This document shows positions 49,259 to 59,121 of a stretch of 64,000 nucleotides of DNA, piece by piece. The notes beneath the pieces were generated by a model. It did not search any database. It saw only the letters and a list, made by a program, of their open reading frames with translations, and was not told the origin of the DNA. The position numbers were made by a program, and so were the translations under genes. How positions within the stretch are numbered: the first letter of the stretch is position 1; every line of letters begins with the position of its first letter. The DNA comes from a virus, in the IMG/VR virus record IMGVR_UViG_3300035661_000010, one strand, 5' to 3'.

Positions 49259-49622
49259 GAACAAGCCGTACATGTCACCTGAGTCGATGGCAGAGAAGAA
49301 GGCGGAAGAGGACAAGAAGCGCCAGCAGGTCGATGAGACCATCGGGCGCTGGACCATCGGCCTCGCCACTGCCATCCAGGCCAGCATAGATGACCTCAAG
49401 ATCCCACCGAGCAAGGGCGCGACGCTCATTGTTGCCACCACGCTCATGAGGATCGCGTGCCGACTCGTGAAGAAGAACGGGATCGAGACCGCCAAGTTCA
49501 TGGGCGCCTTCGAAGCCATCATGCAGAAGGAGTTTGCTCCTGCGGACGCGCAGCCAGAAGACGTGCCTCAGGTCACGCCACACGGAACGCCAGATGGCCG
49601 TCCCCTCATCGTTCTTGGGTGA
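49251..49622 (+). CDS. hypothetical protein
   Basis: Overlapping coupled ORF. Confidence 0.5.
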   Translation: MSENKPYMSPESMAEKKAEEDKKRQQVDETIGRWTIGLATAIQASIDDLKIPPSKGATLIVATTLMRIACRLVKKNGIETAKFMGAFEAIMQKEFAPADAQPEDVPQVTPHGTPDGRPLIVLG

Positions 49623-49625
49623 CAC

Positions 49626-50249
49626 ATGGAGCCAAAGAAGATGACTCCGCTCGCCTCGTTCCAGGTCGCTGCTCTCCTCAAGGACATGTTCTCTTCGGAC
49701 CCAGAGACGGGATTTGCCCTACTCGACATCCATGCGCCGACCTCCATGCTCCTCCCGAGCAAGGTGCCGATCGAAACGGCTGGGCTGTATCGCGGGAGGC
49801 CGATCATTGATCTCCTCAGTGTCCTCAACGGCTTCGCGTTGCGAGCGCGCGGCGACTCCGTGGCTATCCCACGGGTGGGCGAGAATCATCGTCCGGCCCC
49901 AACGTTCGACTTTCGTGTCCAAGGTGTTGGAGATTCGTGCAAGCCGATCTTCGAACCAGAAGCGATGGTCGGCTACTTGAACGAGATCGTGAGGTGCGAC
50001 TTTCACGCGCTCTACTACCTGTTCGCTCCGACGATCTCCTGCAATGAGGCGATGGCAGATCGTGGTGACCTACCGATCAGATCGCCGATATCACCCGGGA
50101 AGATGGGCGCCCACGCATCCGTCTCTTTACTCGACGTCTTGAATGCCGCATGTGGGTATGGGGCCGACGCAACGTGTCTCATCTCCTTCTCGCCCCATGA
50201 ACCGGGCTTTGTTGTCGTAAGTCGGGACATGACGGACACTGTGATGTGA
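49626..50249 (+). CDS. hypothetical protein with internal duplication
   Basis: IIDLLSVLNG and VSLLDVLNA recur in the two halves. Confidence 0.5.
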   Translation: MEPKKMTPLASFQVAALLKDMFSSDPETGFALLDIHAPTSMLLPSKVPIETAGLYRGRPIIDLLSVLNGFALRARGDSVAIPRVGENHRPAPTFDFRVQGVGDSCKPIFEPEAMVGYLNEIVRCDFHALYYLFAPTISCNEAMADRGDLPIRSPISPGKMGAHASVSLLDVLNAACGYGADATCLISFSPHEPGFVVVSRDMTDTVM

Positions 50250-50674
50250 GCTTTGATCGCAAGTTTCTCAACGGCATCCGGGATCGACTTGATCGCGTAA
50301 AGATGGATAAGACGTCGCTTCTTGCGAAGCTGTACGCGGACGACGTTGTCTGGCTCATCGGCCAACTAGAGCTCGCCCTTGCCAGGTGTGTCGATCTTCG
50401 AGGGGAAAACGAACGGCTCAAGAAGTCGCTCGACAACACAACCATGGACCTGAAGGCCGTCGCCGCCGGATATGAGCACGCATGCGAGCGCGCCGAGAAG
50501 TTGAAGAAGCAGATGGAGTCCGATGGCGTGCATCCAGATGAAGCCCGAAAGAGAGGACGCTTCTCGCTGACCGAAGAACAGATCGAGCATGCGGTGGACA
50601 AGACAAGGAACTCGATGCCACCCAAGCGGCGTCGCTCGACTCCGTGGATGCCGATTCCTTCGAGGAAGCGATGA
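50246..50674 (+). CDS. hypothetical coiled-coil protein
   Basis: GTGA-coupled ORF. Confidence 0.5.
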   Translation: MSFDRKFLNGIRDRLDRVKMDKTSLLAKLYADDVVWLIGQLELALARCVDLRGENERLKKSLDNTTMDLKAVAAGYEHACERAEKLKKQMESDGVHPDEARKRGRFSLTEEQIEHAVDKTRNSMPPKRRRSTPWMPIPSRKR

Positions 50675-51294
50675 GCGCGGTCAGCGGACGTCACTGTCGC
50701 CACTGCGGAAACATCTTCGTCGTTGCCAGTGGTTCGAAGAGAAGGTTCTGTTCAGACAGGTGCCAAGCACTCGCTGATGGTCGCTCGTGGAATGACCTTG
50801 CGAACACGGCCAGGGTCGATGGTGGCGACTACTGGAAGCTGCATCTGCCGGACCACCCGAATGCGAACAAGCAGGGCCACGTTTACGAGCACGTGTGGGT
50901 TGCGTCCATGAAGCTCGAAAGAGCGATCCTTGTAACCGAGGATGTGCACCACAAGAACGAAAACAAGCGAGATAACCGGCCTGAAAACCTGGAAGTGCTC
51001 ACGAAGAGTGGTCACCAGAGAGAGCACGCCGGCTGGTCTATGGTGGGTGGGCAGTGGAAGAAGCCATGCGGGCGATGCAAAGAATTGTTCCCAGCAACGC
51101 TTGATCACTTTTCTTCGCGAAATGCTGAAGGCACACTGTTGAGTAGCTACTGCAAGAAGTGCCAGACGGAACACAAGAGAGAGTATCGCGCGCAAGTGCT
51201 TGCGAAGGAGAACGACAATGAGAACGATTGCGATGACGACACATCCGGCAGCGCTGCTCGCAGCGATACTGCTTACGGAGACCCAGGAGGCTAG
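50671..51294 (+). CDS. HNH homing endonuclease with Zn motifs
   Basis: CRHCG...FCSDRC, HVYEHVWV...DVHHKNENKRDNRPENL...H and CGRC...YCKKC. Confidence 0.85.
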   Translation: MSAVSGRHCRHCGNIFVVASGSKRRFCSDRCQALADGRSWNDLANTARVDGGDYWKLHLPDHPNANKQGHVYEHVWVASMKLERAILVTEDVHHKNENKRDNRPENLEVLTKSGHQREHAGWSMVGGQWKKPCGRCKELFPATLDHFSSRNAEGTLLSSYCKKCQTEHKREYRAQVLAKENDNENDCDDDTSGSAARSDTAYGDPGG

Positions 51295-51817
51295 CCAGCC
51301 ACCGATTCAGGTCGATGCCGTCGACAAGGATGGAAACATCCTCGACCGTGTTGCGGACATAGCTGCACCAGGGGTGCTGGGGCTCACGGAGCCATCGGAC
51401 GAGTCGTCTGGTGAACCAGCCTCGAAAGAGATGTCGCGCGCTGAGCGTCGACGCATGGAGAAGGCAGCCGAGAGGGCGGCCATGCAGGGGCGACTCATCG
51501 TTCAGAGTAATGGTCCGAACAATCGTCAACGACGCGCTCAGGCAGCGCACGACCGCAAGATGAACGCCAAGAACAAGCAGTTCGCCGCCCGCATCAGGAA
51601 AGATGCTCCCGAGCTCAAGGCCAAGGTGCTCGACAACATCGACCGTCGCCTCAACGAGCTGGAGACGAAGACGGACGTGAACGGCATGGACCACGTCGAG
51701 ATCGAACAGCTCAAGACGGCGAAGAAGATCATGGAGGCGGACTCGGGCAACGAAGCGATGCGAGAAGCGCTCTTCGAAGCCGCAAAGGAAGCAATCGAGA
51801 AGGAGGTCTCTCAATGA
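51218..51817 (+). CDS. hypothetical protein
   Basis: AAGGAG RBS lies inside the upstream HNH gene. Confidence 0.55.
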   Translation: MRTIAMTTHPAALLAAILLTETQEASQPPIQVDAVDKDGNILDRVADIAAPGVLGLTEPSDESSGEPASKEMSRAERRRMEKAAERAAMQGRLIVQSNGPNNRQRRAQAAHDRKMNAKNKQFAARIRKDAPELKAKVLDNIDRRLNELETKTDVNGMDHVEIEQLKTAKKIMEADSGNEAMREALFEAAKEAIEKEVSQ

Positions 51818-52197
51818 GCGAGTTTCCCGCAGACGCCGGACACCGTGACTACCGAGATCTCGCGCAGCAGTTCTTGTTCGTCACCGGCGGGCCAAAGAAC
51901 GAGTGGACATCGGCAGATGTTGGGCGCGTGGCCGTGCAGCTCCAGGCCCTCGCTGAAGGAGGTGCGCTCGCCTTCCAAAAGTTGATGGACTCCGGTTGGT
52001 TCATCGGGCAGAAGATGACCGAGAACAAGTTGGACGCTATTCCAAAGATGGAGGAGGTCTGCGTCAGCGTCTCCACCGGGAGCCTGTACCAGCTACTCAC
52101 GGAGCGTCGGCTACTCGAGGCGCGCGTTCAGGAGCTTCTGGAAAGAAACACCGAGCTGCTCCTGGAGAACCAATCGCTCAAGGCCACTGCGCCGTGA
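51814..52197 (+). CDS. hypothetical protein
   Basis: GGAGG RBS, ATGA-coupled. Confidence 0.55.
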   Translation: MSEFPADAGHRDYRDLAQQFLFVTGGPKNEWTSADVGRVAVQLQALAEGGALAFQKLMDSGWFIGQKMTENKLDAIPKMEEVCVSVSTGSLYQLLTERRLLEARVQELLERNTELLLENQSLKATAP

Positions 52198-52625
52198 GCG
52201 CATTTGTCAGTGTCCGCAAGGTTCTGGCTGGAGCCATCATCCCCGAGTACAAGACCCCTGGAGCGGTGGGCATGGACCTGTGTGCGGCCGAGGAGAAGTT
52301 CGTCTTCGCGGGAGGTCAGCGCGCATTCAGGACTGGCCTCGCGTTCTCGATCCCCGAGGGCCTCGAAGGGAGCATTCGCTCGCGTTCGGGACTGGCTTTC
52401 AACGACGGCATCCACGTGGTCGAAGGCACGATCGACCAAGACTATCGTGGAGAGGTGCGAGTGTTGCTCTTCAACGCTGGTCGCTCACCGTTCTTTGTTC
52501 ACACGGGCGATCGTATCGCTCAGATCGTTTTCAACCTGGTTGCTCGGGTCTCTCTCAAAGAAGAAGAGGTGCTCGAGGAAACCAAGAGAGGAACCAATGG
52601 CTTTGGATCAACAGGGCGCCGGTAA
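52194..52625 (+). CDS. dut: trimeric dUTPase
   Basis: Motifs AVGMDL, RSGLA, GTIDQDYRGE, GDRIAQ and RGTNGFGSTG. Confidence 0.95.
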   Translation: MSAFVSVRKVLAGAIIPEYKTPGAVGMDLCAAEEKFVFAGGQRAFRTGLAFSIPEGLEGSIRSRSGLAFNDGIHVVEGTIDQDYRGEVRVLLFNAGRSPFFVHTGDRIAQIVFNLVARVSLKEEEVLEETKRGTNGFGSTGRR

Positions 52626-52880
52626 ACCGAAGCGTATAGCTCGCGCGTGGAAGTACTCCATCTGTGGGAACAAAGGGACGAAGCCGCATCTGCGTCGTCT
52701 CACCGACAACGGGAAGATGCTGGGCGGCATAGCGGACACGAAGTCGCTCTGCAACAAGCACGTGGCGTACGACCACTTGACCGAGATCAGCGAAGAAGCC
52801 TTGCGAAAAGTCTGTCCTCACTGCGTTCGTGCGTATCGGAAGTACACTGCTGGTACACCGCAGAACTGAGGGAGACGAAG

Positions 52881-53225
52881 ATGGCCAAGATCATGGCGCC
52901 GTTCGCGCGCGAGTACCTGAAAACGCATCCGACAGCAGGGAAGCTCGCGGAGGATGGAAGCGCACACGTTCCTGACATACAGGTCGCTATGTCTGGCTCT
53001 GGAGCAGTGCTGTCCTTCCACCCGTTTCGTGATGCCGTGATCGCATCGGCTACGTACCTGATGCTGGATGCGGATCGCACCGGGCTGCATCCGAACGCCA
53101 TCCAGAAGGAGGACGTGAAGAAGCTTCATGAGATCGCCCCTGGGACCACTGTCTATGTTCCGTTCGATGGGAAGTGGTTGTTGGGCCAGATCGTCACGAT
53201 GGCCGAACTCCGCGGCATGACATGA
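52881..53225 (+). CDS. hypothetical protein
   Basis: GGGAG RBS before ATG 52881. Confidence 0.55.
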   Translation: MAKIMAPFAREYLKTHPTAGKLAEDGSAHVPDIQVAMSGSGAVLSFHPFRDAVIASATYLMLDADRTGLHPNAIQKEDVKKLHEIAPGTTVYVPFDGKWLLGQIVTMAELRGMT

Positions 53226-53379
53226 AACCTTCCGTGCTTCGCTCAGGCAGGGTGAGTCTGCTACCGTGTTTCTGAGACACGGTTCGGACCCTGCCATGAA
53301 GACCTGGATGACGAAGATGCGCACGAATCCTGGCTCCATGTCTTCGCAAGTGATTGCGGTACGTGAGGAGAGCTAGACC

Positions 53380-54237
53380 ATGACCATTGCCGCCGCCGTC
53401 AAGTACACCCAGAACGCTGTTGTCGGCTCTGCTGGTGTCGCCTACATGGGCGTGACCGGACTCGCGGTTACCGTCGCGAATGGCGACGACACGGGGGTCG
53501 TGGCGTGGAAGTTCGAGGTGCTCGACGTTCCCATAGGGAGCTCTGTACCGACAGGTGTCGTGCAGAGCGGTATCACGGCGACATGGACGTTCACGCCTGA
53601 CGTCGCCGGAGGGTACCTGGTACGCATCACGGTGACCGATGCACTGGGCAACACGGTCATGAGCATCGCGCTCTGTTTCGGCGTACTGGAGGCCACGGGT
53701 CGCTTTGTGCCGCCGTTTGCGGCCATCGGCGCGTCGGTAAACTTCACGAGCCAGGCGCGTGGCTGGGCGAAGTACGTGAACCAGTACCTGAAGCAGATCG
53801 ACCTCATCGGCGGCACGACAGACGCGAACACGGCTGTCACCATGCAACCGAACACGGATTGGCAAGGCACGCCACGCGTCATCGGAGGCAAGGGCCTGAT
53901 CCAGACCACGAACAACACGCCCGCCGACAGTTCGCAACTCCACACGATCACGTCGGGCAAGACCTGTACGTTCTACGCGGACGTGGTTGCGACGCAGACG
54001 GCGGGCGCCGGCAATCCGGACTCGGCCGAGTTCCAGATCAAGTGCGTCATCAGAAACGACGGTGGTGTGCTGACGCAGGTCATGGCTCCAGCTCCTGTCG
54101 ACATGCACGCGAACACGACGGGCACCGCATGGTTCGCTGGGTTCGTACTCTCAGGGGCTGGTGTGAAGATCGAAGTCACAGGGGACACCGGCAAGAACGT
54201 CGATTGGACGTACACGTTCTCGGCGCAGGAGGGGTGA
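53380..54237 (+). CDS. virion structural protein with an Ig/PKD-like domain
   Basis: WKFEV...P.GS...TFTPDVAGGYLVRITVTD; Thr/Gly-rich. Confidence 0.6.
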   Translation: MTIAAAVKYTQNAVVGSAGVAYMGVTGLAVTVANGDDTGVVAWKFEVLDVPIGSSVPTGVVQSGITATWTFTPDVAGGYLVRITVTDALGNTVMSIALCFGVLEATGRFVPPFAAIGASVNFTSQARGWAKYVNQYLKQIDLIGGTTDANTAVTMQPNTDWQGTPRVIGGKGLIQTTNNTPADSSQLHTITSGKTCTFYADVVATQTAGAGNPDSAEFQIKCVIRNDGGVLTQVMAPAPVDMHANTTGTAWFAGFVLSGAGVKIEVTGDTGKNVDWTYTFSAQEG

Positions 54238-54238
54238 G

Positions 54239-54475
54239 ATGCCTGCTGTAGTCGGACTACCCACCATCGTCATCACGAACGCGCCAGGAACGTTTCCGCC
54301 CATCATCACGAAAGTCACGCCTAGTGATCTCTCAGCAGGCATCAGCGTTCTGGTGACGATCGAAGGTCATCTGCTCAGTGGAACGATTTCGGTAACGCTC
54401 GCTGGAGTCGCGGCGACATCGGTCAGCAACATCTCGGACAGCAAGATCACTTGCATGTCCGGTCTCTACCCCTAG
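54239..54475 (+). CDS. IPT/TIG Ig-like domain protein
   Basis: PIITKVTPS...G...VTIEG...VTLAGVAAT...SDSKITC. Confidence 0.7.
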   Translation: MPAVVGLPTIVITNAPGTFPPIITKVTPSDLSAGISVLVTIEGHLLSGTISVTLAGVAATSVSNISDSKITCMSGLYP

Positions 54476-54494
54476 TCAGTGAGAGAAGAACGTA

Positions 54495-55472
54495 ATGGCG
54501 AACGCATATTGTTTGAATCAGGTACCCGCGCTCTACGGCAACGCGTGGTTTCTGTTGTTCACCATGCTGACAAGTGCTGGCTGGACGGTGAAGGCGTCTG
54601 GGGACGGTCTCTCGGCCTACAGCTCTACGACGACCGTCTTCAGTGCAGGCAACACGGGCGCACCAGGAGCGAACGCGTTCGGACAGAACAAGGCGTGGAT
54701 CCGACTCCAGGATCCCGGCGTCGGCCGTGAGATCATCTTCCAGCGCGACGGAACAAGCGGTCTTCGTGCGAAGTATTCGCCCAGCGCGAAGTTCACAGGC
54801 GGCTCGGGCTCAGCAACCCAGACGCCGAGCGCCACCGATGAGCAGTATCTGCTTGGTGGCGGTACCGATGCTGTTCCGACGTTTCAGGTGACTCTTCCTT
54901 CTGCCGCGAACACCGGGACGGCCAAGTTCCAGGGCGCAGCGATGGGAACTGCACCCTATGGTTTCTGGTTCGCATGCACGGTCGTTGGATCGGGCAGCAC
55001 GAACATGGCCATCATGATGGACCCTGTCACTGGAGACCCGTCCGACAACGACCCGGTACAGTTCCACATGGCAAATGGGACCAACGCTGGATTCAGGGCA
55101 GCTACGCTTGGTGATTCGACCCAGGGTCCGATAAACGCGGGCGGTGCGTACAATCCCGCGTTCTACAACACGGGCAAGACGACGTGGCTCTCGTCGGCTG
55201 CACTGGGGTTCGTTGTTCCGCCAAGCGGTGTTCAAGTAGCTGGCAGTGGAGGGGCAGTGTCTCCGTTCGGAGGGTCCATCGTTGGACTGCCGATCTTCTG
55301 GTATCGCAACGGCGCGCTCGCCACGGCGCAAGGACAGAAGGGCGTGTCGTCGATGATGAGGTGGACCGGTGTCGCCAGGACGACGTTCGTCGATACCGCT
55401 GGAGCCAAAGCCTGGCTCTGCGTCGGTGACGTCTATCTGCCCTGGGATGGAACCACTGTTGCAACGAACTGA
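54495..55472 (+). CDS. putative virion structural protein
   Basis: Gly/Ala/Thr-rich with LTSAGWTV; located in the structural block. Confidence 0.55.
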   Translation: MANAYCLNQVPALYGNAWFLLFTMLTSAGWTVKASGDGLSAYSSTTTVFSAGNTGAPGANAFGQNKAWIRLQDPGVGREIIFQRDGTSGLRAKYSPSAKFTGGSGSATQTPSATDEQYLLGGGTDAVPTFQVTLPSAANTGTAKFQGAAMGTAPYGFWFACTVVGSGSTNMAIMMDPVTGDPSDNDPVQFHMANGTNAGFRAATLGDSTQGPINAGGAYNPAFYNTGKTTWLSSAALGFVVPPSGVQVAGSGGAVSPFGGSIVGLPIFWYRNGALATAQGQKGVSSMMRWTGVARTTFVDTAGAKAWLCVGDVYLPWDGTTVATN

Positions 55473-55474
55473 TC

Positions 55475-55771
55475 ATGGCAGACGTACCCATCATTGATCT
55501 GAATGCGACGTTCATCGCACGGGATGAGCTCAAAGACGTAGACGACCTGTCGTTGATCGACTCCGTGTATGCGCTCTTTGTGTCGGATGGGAACACGCTC
55601 ATCCCGTTCGATGAGGCACCGTTTCAGAACTTCCAGATCACAAGAACGAAGGTGAACTCGTTCCTCACGTGGACGTTCGCATTCAGGGCGAACCTGTACA
55701 GCCAGAACGCCAGCGTAACGACTGGGATCGGGGCAAACAACCCGAACACGTTCATCACGGTCTACTACTGA
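55475..55771 (+). CDS. hypothetical protein, probably structural
   Basis: ORF between the structural genes and the terminase. Confidence 0.5.
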   Translation: MADVPIIDLNATFIARDELKDVDDLSLIDSVYALFVSDGNTLIPFDEAPFQNFQITRTKVNSFLTWTFAFRANLYSQNASVTTGIGANNPNTFITVYY

Positions 55772-55781
55772 AAGGCATGTA

Positions 55782-57902
55782 GTGTCCGTCAAGACCCACC
55801 TCGGTCGTCATCGATCAGAGCGCTCCAAAGAGGAGGAGATGAAGATCCTGCTCGAGGAGCTCGACAACCTCGACGACGATGAGCGTGAGGCCGTTCACGT
55901 CATGCTCTCAGAGACGCTGAAGAATCGACCCTTCGAGTCGGTGAAGACGCATCGTCTGCCGGATGGAACGGTGCTCGAAGACCGAGGCAAGCCGCTCTTC
56001 GATCTGATCCAAGAGACGGAGTACCTGAAGCAGGTCGTTGATGTCGACACCTGGATTAAGGACTCGTATTTCATGGGTCAGTGCGCGTTCAAGTGGCCGA
56101 GGTGGCAGGAGGACTTGAGGGAGCTTTTTGGACCGAGCGGCTACCACGAGGCGATCCTCACGGGCGCCATCGGCATCGGCAAGAGCACATTCGTCGAGAT
56201 GGCGCTCCTGCGCATGATCTACGAGTACTCCTGCCTTCGGAATCCGCAGCGCACCTACGGCTTGATGCCGGGCGATAAGATCTATATCGTCGTCTTGAAC
56301 GTGAATACGGACCTCGCCCAGAAGGTCGTCTTCGAAGGGCTAGTCAACAAGCTCGAACAGAGTCCGTACTTCCAGAAAGAGTACGAGTTCGAGGCGACGC
56401 AGAAGGTCATTCGATTCCCGAATGGGCTCAGAATCATTCCGCGAGCGAGCACCGATACCAGCGCACTCGGCCTCAACGTCATTGGAGGCGTTCTCTCGGA
56501 GGTGAACTTCAACGATGGAGGTCACTTCGATTCGAAGCGTCAGGCGTCCGCAACCACGGCTTCGCGTTCGCGCCATGGCATCGAGATGGACATCGGCAAG
56601 GTGTACTCGGAGCTGATCACGCGCTTGAAGTCACGATTCGGTCGCGTCGGAAAGTTACCAGGCCTGTTCCTCCTGGACAGCTCGAAGAAGGACCAGTCCG
56701 ACTTCACCGAGACGCACATGATCGAGGTGAAGGACGATCCGTTCGTCTTCGTGCGCGACTACGCCATGTGGGATGTACAGCCAGCCGACCGCTTCTCGAA
56801 GAAGAAGTTTCGCGTCTTCGTGGGTGACGAGAAGGTGAGCTCACGCATTCTGGGTCCGGACGAGGATGTTCATCCGATTCCTGGAAGCGCGCAGCAGATC
56901 ATCGAGGTCCCGGATAACTGGCGCCTCCAGTTCGAACGCAACCTGGATGCTGCCATTCGCAACGTGGCCGGTATCGCAACGATCTCCATCGATCGCCTCT
57001 TCAGCACCATGCAGAACATCCGCGATTCGATGGACCGTGCAAAGAAGCTGATGCCGTCTCCATTCGCGGCCGATACCGTCGTGTTCGAGAACGATGTGGC
57101 TGTGGACTGGACAAAGATCTCGCACATCGTCGATGGCGCATGGGCCCTGAAATATGATCCGAGGGCCGAGCACGCAGTCCACTTCGACATCGCGTTCCGA
57201 CGCGATCGGTTTGGTATGGCTTTCGGCTACCTGGCCGGCGTGAAGATGGTCGAACGAGTCATCGGCGGAGAGATCGTCCTTGAGCGAGCGCCGATCATCG
57301 TCATTCGGGCCGTCCTCGGCATCGAGGCGCCTCGCGACGGAGAAGTGAAGATCGGCATCGGTAGAGCCGTGCTCTGGTCAGCCATGAAGCACGGGCTCCG
57401 AGTGCGCTGGGGATCGTGTGATCAGTATCAGTCTGTCGAAACGCTCCAGAAAATGGAGGCAAAGGGCATCGACACTGATCAGATCAGTGTCGAGGGCGAA
57501 GAGGCGTACTTGATGCTTCGCGACGCGTTCATGGAGGACAGGCTCTTGTGCGTCGACAACTCGGTCTTGTACGACGAGTTGAAGCACCTCGTGCACGACA
57601 AGGCAAGAGGCAAGGTCGATCACCCACCTGGCAAGTCCAAGGACATCGCAGACGGCATCTGCGGCGTCGTCTACAGGCTGACCAAGATGTTCTTGGCCGA
57701 CGAAGCAAGACCGCTCATCGGAGATCCGACCATCGGTGTCAGCGAGCTGTACCAGGCAGAGGACGAGGACGAGGAGACATGGGTTCTGGATGGGACGGCG
57801 CGCCCACTGGAGCATGGAGAGCAGAAGGGCCGCCTTGTTGGAGGGTCTGCGGGGGCCACCGACGTGAATCCGAAGCGTCGCAAGAACTTCATATTGAGGT
57901 GA
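55782..57902 (+). CDS. terL: terminase large subunit
   Basis: Walker A GAIGIGKS, Walker B-like GGVLSE, LDSS coupling motif, nuclease HFDIA...D, CDQYQS and KVDHPPGKSKDIADG. Confidence 0.9.
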   Translation: MSVKTHLGRHRSERSKEEEMKILLEELDNLDDDEREAVHVMLSETLKNRPFESVKTHRLPDGTVLEDRGKPLFDLIQETEYLKQVVDVDTWIKDSYFMGQCAFKWPRWQEDLRELFGPSGYHEAILTGAIGIGKSTFVEMALLRMIYEYSCLRNPQRTYGLMPGDKIYIVVLNVNTDLAQKVVFEGLVNKLEQSPYFQKEYEFEATQKVIRFPNGLRIIPRASTDTSALGLNVIGGVLSEVNFNDGGHFDSKRQASATTASRSRHGIEMDIGKVYSELITRLKSRFGRVGKLPGLFLLDSSKKDQSDFTETHMIEVKDDPFVFVRDYAMWDVQPADRFSKKKFRVFVGDEKVSSRILGPDEDVHPIPGSAQQIIEVPDNWRLQFERNLDAAIRNVAGIATISIDRLFSTMQNIRDSMDRAKKLMPSPFAADTVVFENDVAVDWTKISHIVDGAWALKYDPRAEHAVHFDIAFRRDRFGMAFGYLAGVKMVERVIGGEIVLERAPIIVIRAVLGIEAPRDGEVKIGIGRAVLWSAMKHGLRVRWGSCDQYQSVETLQKMEAKGIDTDQISVEGEEAYLMLRDAFMEDRLLCVDNSVLYDELKHLVHDKARGKVDHPPGKSKDIADGICGVVYRLTKMFLADEARPLIGDPTIGVSELYQAEDEDEETWVLDGTARPLEHGEQKGRLVGGSAGATDVNPKRRKNFILR

Positions 57903-57950
57903 TCGATGCTCCTGGTCCCCTCATGCTTCTGTGGTGGTGAGCTTGGCTCG

Positions 57951-58352
57951 ATGGAGAAGAAAGCATCGCAGGCTTTCACGCGTATTCAGTTTCGAAGCCT
58001 TGGCTACACGGACAAGGACGCGCTCGCGCAAGCGATTGCGATAGATGACCGAAGAATCAGGCTCGTTTGTGAAAAGTGTGAGCAGAAGTACATCGTTGCC
58101 GGCGACAAGAAGACCTTCGTTGCCTGCTTGTGCGATGAGCCAATGACGTTCTTGGCAGAGAACAAGAACGTCCGATCCTGGCAGTGGCTCGAACAGAGGT
58201 GGTATTGCAAGGAATGTGACTACACGGCGACGATAGGTCGGCTTCTTGAGCGCGGCTCGATATTCGTGTGGCATGAAAAGGGTGGCGCGTTGCGGCGAAG
58301 AGCCATCTCGGCCCGATCGATCAAAGAAAGAGATGTAAGGAGGACGCGATGA
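57951..58352 (+). CDS. Zn-finger hypothetical protein
   Basis: CEKC, CLC and CKEC. Confidence 0.5.
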   Translation: MEKKASQAFTRIQFRSLGYTDKDALAQAIAIDDRRIRLVCEKCEQKYIVAGDKKTFVACLCDEPMTFLAENKNVRSWQWLEQRWYCKECDYTATIGRLLERGSIFVWHEKGGALRRRAISARSIKERDVRRTR

Positions 58353-59077
58353 ACCATCAGAGAATCCATTCGGCCAAAGCACTCGGTGCGTATCTGGAGT
58401 CCGTTCTCGACGGTCCGCTACCCGGTACCAAGGAAGACGACATCGAGCGAGCTGCCGGCGGTCCTGGTCAGAACCAGAAGAACACGACCGATGAAGAGAT
58501 GGGCATGGGCGAGGGCGACCTCGACGAGCCGCAGGACGAGACAGACGACAACGAACTGAAGCCGAAACAGGAGTCGACCATGAGTGGTGTGCGCGAGCTG
58601 ACAGGCATGTTCGAGAGCGTGATGGGCGAGGCGGGAAAGAAGGGGTACAAGCAGGTCGAAATCGCAGACCTCAAGAAGCTCGTGCCGGAGGCAAAGCTCC
58701 TCAAGTGCAAGACCTCTCGCGAGGCGTATGAGATGCTGATCAATGCAGAGAAGAAGCTGGTCGACGACTGGTCGAAGCAGTATGCCGAGGTCGGCGAGGC
58801 AGACCACACGAAGATGATGGACTACGTGGACAATCTGTTCGCGAAGAACAACAAGGACAGCGGTGACAAGTACTGGGAGGGCCTGCGCAGCGGCAACCTG
58901 CTCAGAAGCTTCAGCATGAGCGATCGCGTTGGCGTCGACATGGCCATCAAGAAGCTTCGCATCTTCGCAGACGATCCGGTTGAAGCGCCAGAGTGGAAGG
59001 CGTTTCTGAAGTACGCGGAAGAAGAGGGCGTGTCCAAGCAAGCGATCTCGAAGCTGGTGGCCTGGGAGAAGTCGTAA
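58349..59077 (+). CDS. acidic protein with an internal start (58580) carrying the shared leader; internal head protein candidate
   Basis: Internal AGGAG RBS precedes MSGVRELTGMFESVMGEA. Confidence 0.6.
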   Translation: MNHQRIHSAKALGAYLESVLDGPLPGTKEDDIERAAGGPGQNQKNTTDEEMGMGEGDLDEPQDETDDNELKPKQESTMSGVRELTGMFESVMGEAGKKGYKQVEIADLKKLVPEAKLLKCKTSREAYEMLINAEKKLVDDWSKQYAEVGEADHTKMMDYVDNLFAKNNKDSGDKYWEGLRSGNLLRSFSMSDRVGVDMAIKKLRIFADDPVEAPEWKAFLKYAEEEGVSKQAISKLVAWEKS

Positions 59078-59121
59078 CCAGGCTTGAAGTAACCGCTTCC
59101 GAAGTAAGGTAGGCTCCAGAA

